A stretch of DNA of 62,821 bases, taken from NCBI GenBank assembly GCA_050999445.1, contig JBPCPG010000275.1, positions 1 to 62,821 on the forward strand, read 5' to 3'. The position numbers were made by a program, and so were the translations under genes. The notes under the pieces were generated by a model. That model saw only the letters and a program-made list of their open reading frames with translations. It was not told the DNA's origin and made no database searches. Position 1 is the stretch's first letter. Each line of letters starts with the position of its first letter. Positions 27,623 to 37,448 of this stretch are shown in pieces. This DNA is from Nakamurella sp. Lineage in GTDB: Bacteria; Actinomycetota; Actinomycetes; Mycobacteriales; Nakamurellaceae.

Positions 27623-27907
27623 ATGGGCAACCGTCACGTAGTGCCCCACCGACGTATCCGCATCCCCGGTATCCGCCGGGCCCATGTCGTCGTCGCAGCA
27701 GCTTTCGTCTGGTTGCTACTGGCCTCGGAAATCAGCGACGAAGAAAACGCACCGACCCTGTCCCAGATCCTGGGAGTGGCCGCATGGGCGCTGCTGGCCG
27801 CGGTGATTGCAGGGAGCCTGCTGATCTTCCTGACCAAGATCGCCATCAAGGTCCTGCGGCGGAGCGTCGGCTACGCCAGAACGAGATGGGCGCGGTGGGC
27901 GCGATGA
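27623..27907 (+). CDS. Small two-TM membrane protein
   Basis: Coupled ORF with two hydrophobic segments. Confidence 0.55.
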   Translation: MGNRHVVPHRRIRIPGIRRAHVVVAAAFVWLLLASEISDEENAPTLSQILGVAAWALLAAVIAGSLLIFLTKIAIKVLRRSVGYARTRWARWAR

Positions 27908-29580
27908 TCCCGGCGCCCAGGCGGCGGACCGCCAAGAAGAAACCCGCGAAAACGCTCGAGATGATCAAACGAAAGATCATCCTCAAGGTTGTCATCTGGG
28001 CGGCCAGCACGCTCCTTGGCATGGCCCTGGGCCCGGTCGGGCTTACCCTCATGGCTGCCGCGCTGCTGATGATGCTCATCCCCAGTGCCGGGGGATATTC
28101 CACCGCGCAGGCCACTCCTGCACCAGTCGGATACAGCTGCCCTACCGGTGTCGCCGCCCCCGCCGGCGGCGTCACGACAACGCCGATCACCCCCACGACG
28201 GCGGCGGTGTCCATCCACACATCGTCGGCCGCGCCGAGGTCTACGCCCGGCGCCGCCGCGGCTTCCACCACCGCTCCGGCTGCCACCATGACCATGCCCT
28301 ACGCTCTACCGACGACCAGCGGCACCACCGGTGAAGAAGAAACGGTGAATTCCGCTGGGCAGGTCCCGTCGACAGGCGGGAAAGTCACCTGGGCAAAATT
28401 TGCTGCGCTCGGTACGGCATATGACAATTACTACATCAACATGCGCTGGAATTACGTCGCCTGGAATTTCGACGGGACATCCACCGACCTCGACGAAAAA
28501 CAATACGCCTGGTTTGAAGCAGGACACGACGGAGGAAAGCCGTGGATGGTGACGGTGACCAACCCTCGAACCAAGAAGTCGGTAAACCTGGCCATCATCG
28601 AGGCCGGCCCGGGTCCCTGGGTCGGCGTTACCGATCACGATCACCACGACAACAGCTACGCCGCCTCGTTCGGGTGGACCAACCCCACCAGAGGTGACCC
28701 GCCAGGTTGGACAGGAATCGTCTCCGGTATGCCGAAAGCAGCTATCACCACACTCGACGCCATCACCGGTTACATGGGCCAGCAAGGAGACAAACTGAAC
28801 TATCAGTGGGCCGCCGACCAGAACGCCACACCCGGCCCCACCGGCGCCACCGCCACCGCCCTACCCAATGGTGACACCCCGGTGGCGGGATGCTCCTCGA
28901 TCACCACCGGCCCAGGGGCATCGGGGTGCGCGGCACCGTCCGCCGACTCCGGCCGGACTGCGGTGCCCACCAACGCATCTACCGTCCCCACGACAATCTC
29001 CGCAGCTGGCAAGTCGGCGTTTGCCCCAACCGCAGCCGCGGCCGCCGGCAGCTGCGGCGGGGTCATCGTCAACGGCGTTTCGATCACGATCCCGAACAAG
29101 CCGGACGTCGACCCGGCGGTGGCCGGGAAGACCATCACCGCCCCCAACGCCGCCGTCGCCCGCGGTCTGGCCACCGGACTGTCCCTGGTCGGGATGCCCT
29201 ACGTCTACGGGGGCGGCACGGACGACGGGCCACCAGATCAAGGCTGCAGTCGGGCCGGCGGCCAGTTGAACTCCTGCCAGGGCATCGTCGGCCTGGACTG
29301 CTCGGGGCTGACCGGATACATCCTGCAGACCGCGGGCTTTCACATCGCAACCGATTCAAGTAGCCAGCGGACCGGCGGGACGAATGTTCCTTTCTCCCAG
29401 GGCGTGCCCGGCGACATCATGGGATTTGCCGGGCACGTCGCGATGTATCTCGGGTACATCGACGGCGTCCAATACCTATTGGAAGCTCCAGCCCCGGGAA
29501 TGAATATCCATATTCGCAAAATTTATTGGTCCAACGAAGGGCAACCGGCCGACACAGTATTACACCGTTATTGGTCCTGA
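27904..29580 (+). CDS. Conjugative peptidoglycan hydrolase: RlpA/DPBB-like domain plus NlpC/P60 peptidase
   Basis: VTNPRTKKSV....EAGP (DPBB-like); GMPYVYGG, GLDCSGLT and GHVAMY (NlpC/P60). Confidence 0.8.
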   Translation: MIPAPRRRTAKKKPAKTLEMIKRKIILKVVIWAASTLLGMALGPVGLTLMAAALLMMLIPSAGGYSTAQATPAPVGYSCPTGVAAPAGGVTTTPITPTTAAVSIHTSSAAPRSTPGAAAASTTAPAATMTMPYALPTTSGTTGEEETVNSAGQVPSTGGKVTWAKFAALGTAYDNYYINMRWNYVAWNFDGTSTDLDEKQYAWFEAGHDGGKPWMVTVTNPRTKKSVNLAIIEAGPGPWVGVTDHDHHDNSYAASFGWTNPTRGDPPGWTGIVSGMPKAAITTLDAITGYMGQQGDKLNYQWAADQNATPGPTGATATALPNGDTPVAGCSSITTGPGASGCAAPSADSGRTAVPTNASTVPTTISAAGKSAFAPTAAAAAGSCGGVIVNGVSITIPNKPDVDPAVAGKTITAPNAAVARGLATGLSLVGMPYVYGGGTDDGPPDQGCSRAGGQLNSCQGIVGLDCSGLTGYILQTAGFHIATDSSSQRTGGTNVPFSQGVPGDIMGFAGHVAMYLGYIDGVQYLLEAPAPGMNIHIRKIYWSNEGQPADTVLHRYWS

Positions 29581-29604
29581 TCTGCAAAGCGAAAGGTATT
29601 GCCA

Positions 29605-30369
29605 ATGCATACATTCACCCGCGCCGCGGCGGTTCTTGTCGCCGGGTTCGTGATGGCAGGTTGTGCCCACGCCCACCAAGGCACATCGAGTTCCGCGACC
29701 ACTTCAGCGCGTCCTGCCGTGCCGGTGACCTTCACCCACCGCACTCCGACCCCAACTCCGATCCCGACCCCGACTCCGCATCGGCCGTCGTCGACGAGGT
29801 TGACGAGCCCTGTCGGGTCGACCACCAGCACCCCGCCGGCGTCGGCGCCGGCGGACTCGAGCTCGAGCTCGGGAAATTGGACAGAACCCAGTGGAGCGGA
29901 CGCAAATCTGGGCGGCCCGACCAATGCCCACGAGATCACCGACCCGGTGTACGACTTCGACCACATCGACCGAACATCGGCCGCCCAGGTCGCCTGGGCG
30001 TACCTGGTGTCGCTGATGTCCTACAGCTACACCGACCCGGGCCCGGGCGCCGGCATCGCCCGGGCCGCCACGTACGCAGTCCCGGTCCACCACCCGGTCG
30101 TCCAGACCACAGGCTCGGTATCTGCGCCGTCGGCCTGGGCGAAGGTGGTGGCCATGCAGATGGTCTCGCGCGCCGCGGTCACACAGTTGACCGCTTATGT
30201 TCCCGGCGCGTCGGGAACGAAGGCCAGCGTGCACTTGGCGTGGATGTCCGTCCTCACACAGAAGGACGGGGCATCCCAGCAGACCAGCGGGCAGACAACT
30301 GTGCTGGAGGTACGCCAACCCGGCGGGAAGTGGCTGGTGGCAGACAATGGGTTCGGGGCCCCCAACTGA
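29605..30369 (+). CDS. Lipoprotein (transfer-associated)
   Basis: Lipobox VMAGC, Pro/Thr linker, NTF2-like end GGKWLV. Confidence 0.7.
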   Translation: MHTFTRAAAVLVAGFVMAGCAHAHQGTSSSATTSARPAVPVTFTHRTPTPTPIPTPTPHRPSSTRLTSPVGSTTSTPPASAPADSSSSSGNWTEPSGADANLGGPTNAHEITDPVYDFDHIDRTSAAQVAWAYLVSLMSYSYTDPGPGAGIARAATYAVPVHHPVVQTTGSVSAPSAWAKVVAMQMVSRAAVTQLTAYVPGASGTKASVHLAWMSVLTQKDGASQQTSGQTTVLEVRQPGGKWLVADNGFGAPN

Positions 30370-30372
30370 GCG

Positions 30373-30579
30373 CTAACGGCCCAGCCAGGAGTGCAGCAGC
30401 GGCGAGAGCTGAGCGCGGAGCAGAGTCGTGATGGCCAGACTGATGGCAATACCGATCAGCCGGTGCGCGATCCGCCGCGCGAATTTGAACACCACGATCA
30501 GCAGCAACACTGCAACTACTACAGCGACGGCCCAGGAGAACGCGGTGGGCAGGGTGTGCCCGCCCGGCAGCCACGACAT
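30373..30579 (-). CDS. Small membrane protein
   Basis: Two TM helices; follows the nuclease gene. Confidence 0.5.
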   Translation of the reverse strand: MSWLPGGHTLPTAFSWAVAVVVAVLLLIVVFKFARRIAHRLIGIAISLAITTLLRAQLSPLLHSWLGR

Positions 30580-30587
30580 CCGCGGGT

Positions 30588-31360
30588 TCAGCTCTTCAAC
30601 TGAGTCGCCGCGGGAACGGCGACCGTCAGCTCGGTCGGCAAATCGATGCCCGGGCAGCTGCGCAGCACGGTGGTCATGGAACTCTTCTCGGCTGCAGTGA
30701 CCCACAGCCGGTACTTGGCCTTGACGGCGATCTGCCGGACGACGTACGCACATCGGAAAGTCTTGTTCGGCGGGAGCCAGGTGGCCGCGTCACCGTCACC
30801 CTTGGCCTCGTTGGTGGGTCCGTCGACGGCCAGCAGTTCCAACGGGTCACCGGCCAGGTTGTCGCGCTGGTCGGCTGGCAACTGAGCGGCGCCGGTCTGC
30901 CAGGCGTTGGACAGAGCCACCACGTGTTATCGATCTGCACAGCGGTCGAGGTGGCCGCCCCACGGGTGAAGTGGATCGTCCGCCCGGTGTAGGGATCGGT
31001 GAGCGTGGCGGAGGCCGGGACGCATCCGCGCGTGGACGCCTTGAACGCAACCCCGGTCAGATCCCGCCTCAGGACGTCTGCGCGTTGATCACAGCCGTTG
31101 TGCCCGCTGGGCACACTCACGTCATCGCTCCACGCCTGCCCGAACTGCTTACGGCTGTACCCGGTCTTGGCGGCGCGGCCCTTGACCGGCAGGGCAACCA
31201 GCGCGGCCGCCGCCGTTCCACTCGCCGTGCCGATTGGGCTGACGACAGTGCTGGTCGAGCTGCTGGGGCCGCTTGCAAGCGGGGCTTGGCATGCCGTGAT
31301 CAGGCATAACAGGGCGGCCAGGGTGGCTGCCCCCTGGATGCGGGAAGGCAAGACGGACAT
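30588..31360 (-). pseudogene. Secreted HNH / DUF1524-family nuclease lipoprotein, frameshifted
   Basis: GYSRKQFGQAW, CDQRADVLRRD, DPYTG, then VVALSNAWQTGA, LLAVDG..N..KGD and WLPPN in another frame; 2 extra bases at 30927-30928 split the IDH motif. Confidence 0.8.
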
Positions 31361-31509
31361 GGCGGGGCTTCTGTCGCTGCGGTCTGGCATAACCGATAGG
31401 GTCCTACACGCCGACCGTGACAATGATTACCAGCAATCCGGTAACACGGCAGTGGGGGACGACGAATCAGATATACCGTAAGTCTGTATTGCTGGGTTAG
31501 CTTAAATCG

Positions 31510-31551
31510 ACGATGTGTAGGACAGTCATCACGATGCGTAGGACAGTCATC
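31510..31551 (+). repeat. Tandem 21-bp repeat upstream of the Tad operon
   Basis: ACGATGTGTAGGACAGTCATC followed by ACGATGCGTAGGACAGTCATC. Confidence 0.85.
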
Positions 31552-31624
31552 CTCGTTGACGTTGCTCGAATCGCTAGAAGCCCCTGGGGGACGAATGAGA
31601 TCAACCAGCACAAAGAAGGTGTTC

Positions 31625-32323
31625 ATGACGACCGATACCGCGTCTGCGCCTACTGAGCCGCCAGCCACCGAAGTCACAGCGTCGCCAGGCCGCCCGATCG
31701 CCGCCCCGCCGAAGCTGGCGCAGCCCGGACGCTCCCGCAGGCGCGGAATGCTCGCCCTCATGATCGTGACGATCGCCATCGGAGCTCTCGGTGCAGGCTT
31801 CTTCGTCAAGCGGTCGGCGGTGAAGATCGACGTCGTGGGATTCGCCCACGACGTCGCCTGGGGCCAGACCATCGCACCGACGGACCTGAAAATGGTCGAG
31901 GTCCTACCCGATCAAGGCCTGTCCACGGTGGCCTGGACGGACCGGACCCAGTTGATCGGCCACAAGTCAGCAACCGCGCTGCTCTCCGGAACGGTCGCCT
32001 CGGACAGATCCGTCACTGGCCAAAACGTCCTGGCCTCGGGCCAGGCCCTGGTGGGTCTGCTGCTCAAGCCCGGCCAACTTCCGGCCACCCCACTCCACCC
32101 CCGCGACCAAGTGACGCTCATCCGGACGAACGGAACCTCCGGAACGGCCTCCACGGACACAACGCACGACGCCACCGGTACCGCGGAGGTGTTCGCTGTC
32201 GGCCCGGTGGATGCCAGTGGCGCCCGCACCATCGACGTGATCCTCGCCGCCGGCCAGGTTGCCTCGGCGGCCAACGACGCTGCGGCCGGGCACATCGCCT
32301 TGGCCCTGCTGCCGGGGAGCTGA
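31625..32323 (+). CDS. SAF-domain protein (CpaB/RcpC-like)
   Basis: TM followed by VVGFAHDVAWGQTIAPTDL; LHPRDQVTLI. Confidence 0.8.
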   Translation: MTTDTASAPTEPPATEVTASPGRPIAAPPKLAQPGRSRRRGMLALMIVTIAIGALGAGFFVKRSAVKIDVVGFAHDVAWGQTIAPTDLKMVEVLPDQGLSTVAWTDRTQLIGHKSATALLSGTVASDRSVTGQNVLASGQALVGLLLKPGQLPATPLHPRDQVTLIRTNGTSGTASTDTTHDATGTAEVFAVGPVDASGARTIDVILAAGQVASAANDAAAGHIALALLPGS

Positions 32324-32327
32324 CCGC

Positions 32328-33290
32328 ATGCTGATCTCCGTCGTCACCTCCCGGAACGCGCCTGGCGCGTCCACCACGGCACTGGCCCTGACCAAGGCGT
32401 GGCCCCGCCCGGCGATCCTGGCTGAGTGCGATCCCCGTGGCGGGGACGTCCAATGGGGGCTAGCCCAAGGCGCCAACGTCGGCGCAGCCGGGTTGCTCCG
32501 GCTGCAAGTGGCCGCGCGCCGACGATCCATGTCCGAGTCGGTCTGGGAAGAAGTCGTGGCCCTCCCCGGTGAAGATGGCCAGGAAATCCCGAAGTACTGG
32601 CTGCCCGGACTGCTCAGTCCTCGTGAGGCCGGGTCCATCGACTGGGTCGGCGTGGCCCGCGCCCTCGGCGCCGCCGGCGTCGACGTCATCGCCGACTGCG
32701 GCACCGTCTTTGGCGATCCGGTGCGCGCCCCCCGGGCGATCTGGAACACCGCGGACGTCGTCGCCCTGGTCGTCCGGTCCACCATGCTCGGCACTCGAAT
32801 TGGACAGATCGCTGCCGCCGCGCTGCAGTCGGACCTGATGACCGGCGGGCGGGGCGTCGACCTGCTCGGGGCGGTCATCGTGCACGCTCCCGGCGGCTAC
32901 CCCACCAACCAGGTCGTCGCCGAATTGGGGGATACGGCCCTTCTGGGCGAGCTGCCCGATGATCCTGCCGCTGCGCAGCAGCTCGCCGGGGTCCATCCGA
33001 TAGGCAAACGGATTGCCCGCAGTCCTTTGATGAGAGCTGCCGCCAAGCTGGCTCACGAGTTGGGCAGCCGCGGACAAAGTGTCGAGGCCGAGCAACGAGA
33101 CTCCTCCGCGGCACTGCCGCCGGCGGTCCTCCCATCCTCGACGAATGTCCCACTTTCGACTGATGTTCCACCACCGGTGACCAAGTCGCTCCAGATGGAG
33201 CCCCGACCCGCAGCCGCCGGCAAAACGCTGGCCGGCGGTGTGCCCCGTATCGCTGCACCACCCAACCCACGTGAAGGAGCTCCCCGATGA
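32328..33290 (+). CDS. TadZ/CpaE-like MinD/ParA-family protein
   Basis: SRNAPGASTTALAL, AECDPRGGD, VIADCG. Confidence 0.75.
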   Translation: MLISVVTSRNAPGASTTALALTKAWPRPAILAECDPRGGDVQWGLAQGANVGAAGLLRLQVAARRRSMSESVWEEVVALPGEDGQEIPKYWLPGLLSPREAGSIDWVGVARALGAAGVDVIADCGTVFGDPVRAPRAIWNTADVVALVVRSTMLGTRIGQIAAAALQSDLMTGGRGVDLLGAVIVHAPGGYPTNQVVAELGDTALLGELPDDPAAAQQLAGVHPIGKRIARSPLMRAAAKLAHELGSRGQSVEAEQRDSSAALPPAVLPSSTNVPLSTDVPPPVTKSLQMEPRPAAAGKTLAGGVPRIAAPPNPREGAPR

Positions 33291-33559
33291 CTGCCAACAA
33301 ACCAAATGACCCCCACTCGGGGTTCGACGCCAATGATCTTCCCGGGGAACCCCTACCGGCGCCCACCGACGGAATGGAGAGCGTGATGAACCAGGCCAAC
33401 GCCAATATGCGATACCGCTACATCCGCAATCAACAGTCCCAGTCGATCCTGATCGCGGGCACCCCGTCGGCGGGCAGAACCACGATGTTCCGGTCGTTGA
33501 CCCTCGCCGAGTTTCCGGATCCCTGCCCCCCCGATCCCAGTGAAGGAGATTCCCGATGA
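33287..33559 (+). CDS. Small protein carrying a degenerate copy of the TadA P-loop
   Basis: Coupled on both sides; SILIAGTPSAGRTTMFRSL. Confidence 0.55.
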   Translation: MTANKPNDPHSGFDANDLPGEPLPAPTDGMESVMNQANANMRYRYIRNQQSQSILIAGTPSAGRTTMFRSLTLAEFPDPCPPDPSEGDSR

Positions 33560-34986
33560 CAGTTCCGAGCGAACCAAGTTACGAACCCAAGCCCGTCGAC
33601 TTCGACCTGGTGCGCACGATCAAGGATCAGGTCAACAGGCAGTTGGAGGAGTACGAGGCGGTGAACGGCGCGATGAGCCCGCAGGATGTTCGACAACGTG
33701 CTGCGAGCCTGGTGATGCGCGCTCTGGAGCAGCACACCTACACCACCGCGTCCAGTGGCGACGGTGTGCTCACCGCGCAGGACGAAACCGCGATCCGTGA
33801 CGCTGTCATCGCCCGGATGTTCGGAATGGGCCGGATCGAGGCGATCCTGACCCGCTCGGATGATGTGGAGGACCTTTACATCACCGGCGCCGAGCCGGTG
33901 ATCGCCAAGTTCTTCGGCGGCCGCCGTGAGATCTGGCCACCTGTGGCGGAGTCCGATGACGACCTGCTGCAGCAAGTGTCGGCGATCGCCTCGCACCTTG
34001 GCTTGAACGAGCGGGACATCACGGCGGCCAGACCGTTCCTGAACATGGATCTACCTGAGCATGACGCCCGCATGGCGGTCCTGTTCGGGGTGACTCCGCA
34101 CCCAGTGGTGACCATCCGTCGGCACCGCTACGTCAACGTTCAGCTCGAGAATTTGGTCTCGTGGGGAACCATCTCCCGGTCCATGATGGCTTTCCTGCAG
34201 GCTGCGGTCATCGGCCGCCGGTCTATCCTGATCGTGGGACCCCAGTCAGCGGGCAAAACTACGATGCTCCGGGCGCTATGCCAGTGCATTTCTCCGACAG
34301 AACGTTTCGCCACCCTCGAAACTGAGTCAGAGTTGTTGCTGCACAAAATCCCTGGCCGATTCCCCCTTCTTATCCCGATTGAGGAAAGAGTGGGGTCCGG
34401 CGAAAGGGACGCCTCTGGCAAGACCATAGGAGAAATCACCGTCGGCGATGTTTTCCCGTGGTCGCTACGCCATTCATTGGACAGAATTATCGTCGGCGAA
34501 TGCCGATCCGACGAGATCGTCTCGGTCCTTCGGGCCATGAGCCGTGGCTTCAAGGGGAGCATGGCGACTTTCCACGCCGACTCCGCACGAGAGACGTTCG
34601 AGTCGCTCGCGTCCCTGCTCATCGAGCACGCTCCCTCGCTCACCCATGACGCTGCGCTGCGCCAGATCGCGACCGCACTGGACATCGTCGTCTTCATCGA
34701 CCGGGAGGAGGGCACCGATCCTAACACCGGCGAAGCCATCGAGATCCGTTACGTCTCAGAGATCCTCAGTGTCGGATCAGTCGGGGAGAAAGGGCAGATC
34801 GGGGCGGCCGAGATCTTCCGGCCGCACGACGACACCGACCAGCGCGCCCTGGACCCCCGTGGTTACCCCGCCGGGGCGGCTCTGGCCGACAACGGACTCT
34901 GGGCTCGCCGAGCCGGTTTCGACCTGGCCTGGTTGGACCCCGCCCAGGGCGGCTGGGACACCCAGTTCCCACTCAGGAGCTTCTAG
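33556..34986 (+). CDS. tadA: TadA/CpaF pilus assembly ATPase
   Basis: GPQSAGKTT, IIVGECR, GSMATFHA. Confidence 0.9.
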   Translation: MTVPSEPSYEPKPVDFDLVRTIKDQVNRQLEEYEAVNGAMSPQDVRQRAASLVMRALEQHTYTTASSGDGVLTAQDETAIRDAVIARMFGMGRIEAILTRSDDVEDLYITGAEPVIAKFFGGRREIWPPVAESDDDLLQQVSAIASHLGLNERDITAARPFLNMDLPEHDARMAVLFGVTPHPVVTIRRHRYVNVQLENLVSWGTISRSMMAFLQAAVIGRRSILIVGPQSAGKTTMLRALCQCISPTERFATLETESELLLHKIPGRFPLLIPIEERVGSGERDASGKTIGEITVGDVFPWSLRHSLDRIIVGECRSDEIVSVLRAMSRGFKGSMATFHADSARETFESLASLLIEHAPSLTHDAALRQIATALDIVVFIDREEGTDPNTGEAIEIRYVSEILSVGSVGEKGQIGAAEIFRPHDDTDQRALDPRGYPAGAALADNGLWARRAGFDLAWLDPAQGGWDTQFPLRSF

Positions 34987-35873
34987 TGACCCAAGACGCA
35001 GTCCTTGCAGCCGCCTGCGTCGGCGTGGTCATCGCCGCCATCTGGGGCGCGATCATGGCGATCATCGGCCGTCCAGCCGGCAAGCAGGGGCCCTTCCGAA
35101 CCAGAGCCACCCGAGTTCGGTCCGCCGGGACACTGACGCTCGCCCGCGGCCGATCAGTTCGTCTGCTGGCAGCGGTGGCCGCAGGAGTGGGGGTGTGGTT
35201 GTTCACCGGCTGGCCGGTGGGAGGAGCCATGACGACGGCGTTGGTTCTGACCGCCCCATTCTTCTTCGGCGGCGCGCGCGTGGCCAACGAACGGATCGAA
35301 CGTCTGGAAGCCCTCGAGCAGTGGGTGCGAACCTTGTCCAACACCATGGCGGTCGGGGTGATGCCGATTCAGGCCATCACCCGGTCTGCCGCCAAGGCGC
35401 CCTTGGCCATCCGCAGACCGGTCGCGCAGCTGGCCAATCACCTCAGCACTCCTCGATTGGACAGAACCGAGGTCCTGGATCAGTTTGCCGACGACATCGA
35501 CGACGCGCTCGGCGACATCGTCGTCCTGGCTCTGGAAAGAGCGGTCAGCATCCGCGGTGGCGAGCGGGTCCCTTATGTGCTGGAAACTCTCGCCGCGTCC
35601 ACGGCAAACGAAGTCAATGCCAGACGCGCCGTGGAGAAGGAGCGATCGGGCCCCCGCAAGGAAACCCAAACGATCTGCATCATCCTGGCCCTCGCAGTGG
35701 CCGCTCTGTGCGCCTTCACCAGCTACCCGGCCCGGTACGCCGGCTCGACGGGGCAGACCGTCCTGGTCGTTCTGGGCGCAGTGGTGCTTCTTGCGCTCGG
35801 CCTGATGCGCAGACTGAGCATCGGCGGCCAGCCGCCGCGGATCCTGAACGAACGAGAGGGGGCGCGCGAATGA
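34986..35873 (+). CDS. tadB: TadB (T2SS F-family) membrane protein
   Basis: TM helices plus T2SSF-like helical domain; follows tadA. Confidence 0.8.
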   Translation: MTQDAVLAAACVGVVIAAIWGAIMAIIGRPAGKQGPFRTRATRVRSAGTLTLARGRSVRLLAAVAAGVGVWLFTGWPVGGAMTTALVLTAPFFFGGARVANERIERLEALEQWVRTLSNTMAVGVMPIQAITRSAAKAPLAIRRPVAQLANHLSTPRLDRTEVLDQFADDIDDALGDIVVLALERAVSIRGGERVPYVLETLAASTANEVNARRAVEKERSGPRKETQTICIILALAVAALCAFTSYPARYAGSTGQTVLVVLGAVVLLALGLMRRLSIGGQPPRILNEREGARE

Positions 35874-36790
35874 ACCCCAACATCGCAGGCGCGGTGATCT
35901 GCGGCGGCCTCGCCGCCGGCGCGCTGGCCTGGATCCTCCTCAGCATCCTCATCCCGGCCCGGGTGTCCCTGCACCAAGCCCTGTCATTGGACAGATCCAT
36001 CGCGACCTTCGCCGTTCGGGACGACGAAGCCGCCCGCGCCCTGACTTCGGAAAGATCCGGCCGGCTCACCGGCTTCGGCGTTCGCATCGAAACCTGGCTG
36101 TCCGCTCGGAACATCACCACTCCCGACTCCGACCTCACCCTGATCGAGTGGACGCGAGGACGGTTCCTGCTGGTGCGTATTGCCCTGGCTGCGCTGGCCC
36201 TGCTAGCAGGGCCGATCTTCGCCATGATGGTGGCAGTCGGCGGCGGAAGCATCACCTACGCCGTTCCCCAGGCGTTGTCGCTGTTCCTGGCTGCGGGAGT
36301 CTGGTACGGCACCGGACTCTGGATAAAAGGCCAGGCCGAGCAACGCCGCCTGGAAATGCGCGAAGCCTTGGTGTCCTTTTTGACCATTTTGGCTCTGTTC
36401 AAGGCCTCCGGTGAAGCCATGAATTCGGCATTGCAGCAAGCCGCGAGAGTCTCCGACGCCTGGACATTTCGTCGCATTGATGCGCGATTGTCCGCTTCGT
36501 TCCGGGTGGGCGCCTCCCCCCAGGATGGACTGGAGCAATTGGGTAAAGAACTCGGCATCGACGAATTGTCCGACGTCGCCGAGATCACCGCCACGGCGAA
36601 CCTGGAGGGCGCCGCCGTGTTCACCACCCTGCTGGCTCGCGCCGACGCCCTACGCAACGAGATGCAAGCCGAATCCGAAGCCAACGCCTCTGCGAACTCC
36701 GTTCGGCTCGGCATACCCAAGGCGCTCCTGGTCATGACGGGGGTCGCGTTCATGATGTATCCACTGATCGTCGGGATCAGCGGATCGTAA
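35870..36790 (+). CDS. tadC: TadC (T2SS F-family) membrane protein
   Basis: LGKELGIDEL, EGAAVFTTLLARADALR. Confidence 0.8.
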   Translation: MNPNIAGAVICGGLAAGALAWILLSILIPARVSLHQALSLDRSIATFAVRDDEAARALTSERSGRLTGFGVRIETWLSARNITTPDSDLTLIEWTRGRFLLVRIALAALALLAGPIFAMMVAVGGGSITYAVPQALSLFLAAGVWYGTGLWIKGQAEQRRLEMREALVSFLTILALFKASGEAMNSALQQAARVSDAWTFRRIDARLSASFRVGASPQDGLEQLGKELGIDELSDVAEITATANLEGAAVFTTLLARADALRNEMQAESEANASANSVRLGIPKALLVMTGVAFMMYPLIVGISGS

Positions 36791-36832
36791 AAATTGTGGT
36801 CGACCGATCACAACGACAGAAGGGAAGTAACG

Positions 36833-37042
36833 ATGTTCGGAGAGATGCAGTACATCGTCATGATGGGCCAGGCGCTCGTGCGAAAACGGGTCAATGACAT
36901 GCGGCGTAACGGCGAGCGCGGCGCCGGCGGCCAGTCGCTCGAGCAGCTGGTGCTGTTGGCCGGTGGTGTCGTCGCGGGCCTGGCCCTAGTGGCCTGGCTC
37001 GTCGTGAAAATCACCTCCAAAGAGGGCACGGTCAACCCGTAA
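36833..37042 (+). CDS. Flp-type major pilin
   Basis: Short leader ERGAG, then GQSLE and a hydrophobic helix. Confidence 0.75.
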   Translation: MFGEMQYIVMMGQALVRKRVNDMRRNGERGAGGQSLEQLVLLAGGVVAGLALVAWLVVKITSKEGTVNP

Positions 37043-37064
37043 TTACGGGGCGGCCACTACTCCG

Positions 37065-37448
37065 ATGACCGTGACCATGGGCTGGCGTCAGCGTAAAGAC
37101 CAGGGCAGCGGCGGTACGTCGCTGATCTGGCTTTTGCTGACGCCAGTCATGCTCGGGTTGATGTTCGGCGGGATCGCGGTGGGATGGCGCATGTACGGGT
37201 CCAACCTCGAACTGGACGCCGCAAACGCCGGGGCCCGCGAAGCGGCGCTGTACCCGGCCTCCGCCGAGCGCGGCCAGCTAGCCGCCGAAGCGTTCCTGAC
37301 CCGAGCCGGATCCGGCACCCTCACCGACACTTCGGTGCAGGTCACCATCAACGGCACCGAGGTCGTCGTAATCGTGACAGGCAAAACCCCTGTATTGCCC
37401 GGCACAGTCACCCGCCAGGCCGCGGTAAGCGTGGAGACCCTGCCATGA
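37065..37448 (+). CDS. TadE-like minor pilin
   Basis: DQGSGG leader, hydrophobic helix, AANAGAREAA. Confidence 0.8.
   Translation: MTVTMGWRQRKDQGSGGTSLIWLLLTPVMLGLMFGGIAVGWRMYGSNLELDAANAGAREAALYPASAERGQLAAEAFLTRAGSGTLTDTSVQVTINGTEVVVIVTGKTPVLPGTVTRQAAVSVETLP

Noticed and set aside
34544-35869. N-terminal extension of the 748-aa ORF
   Set aside because: Overlaps tadA/tadB out of frame; the real tadC starts at 35870
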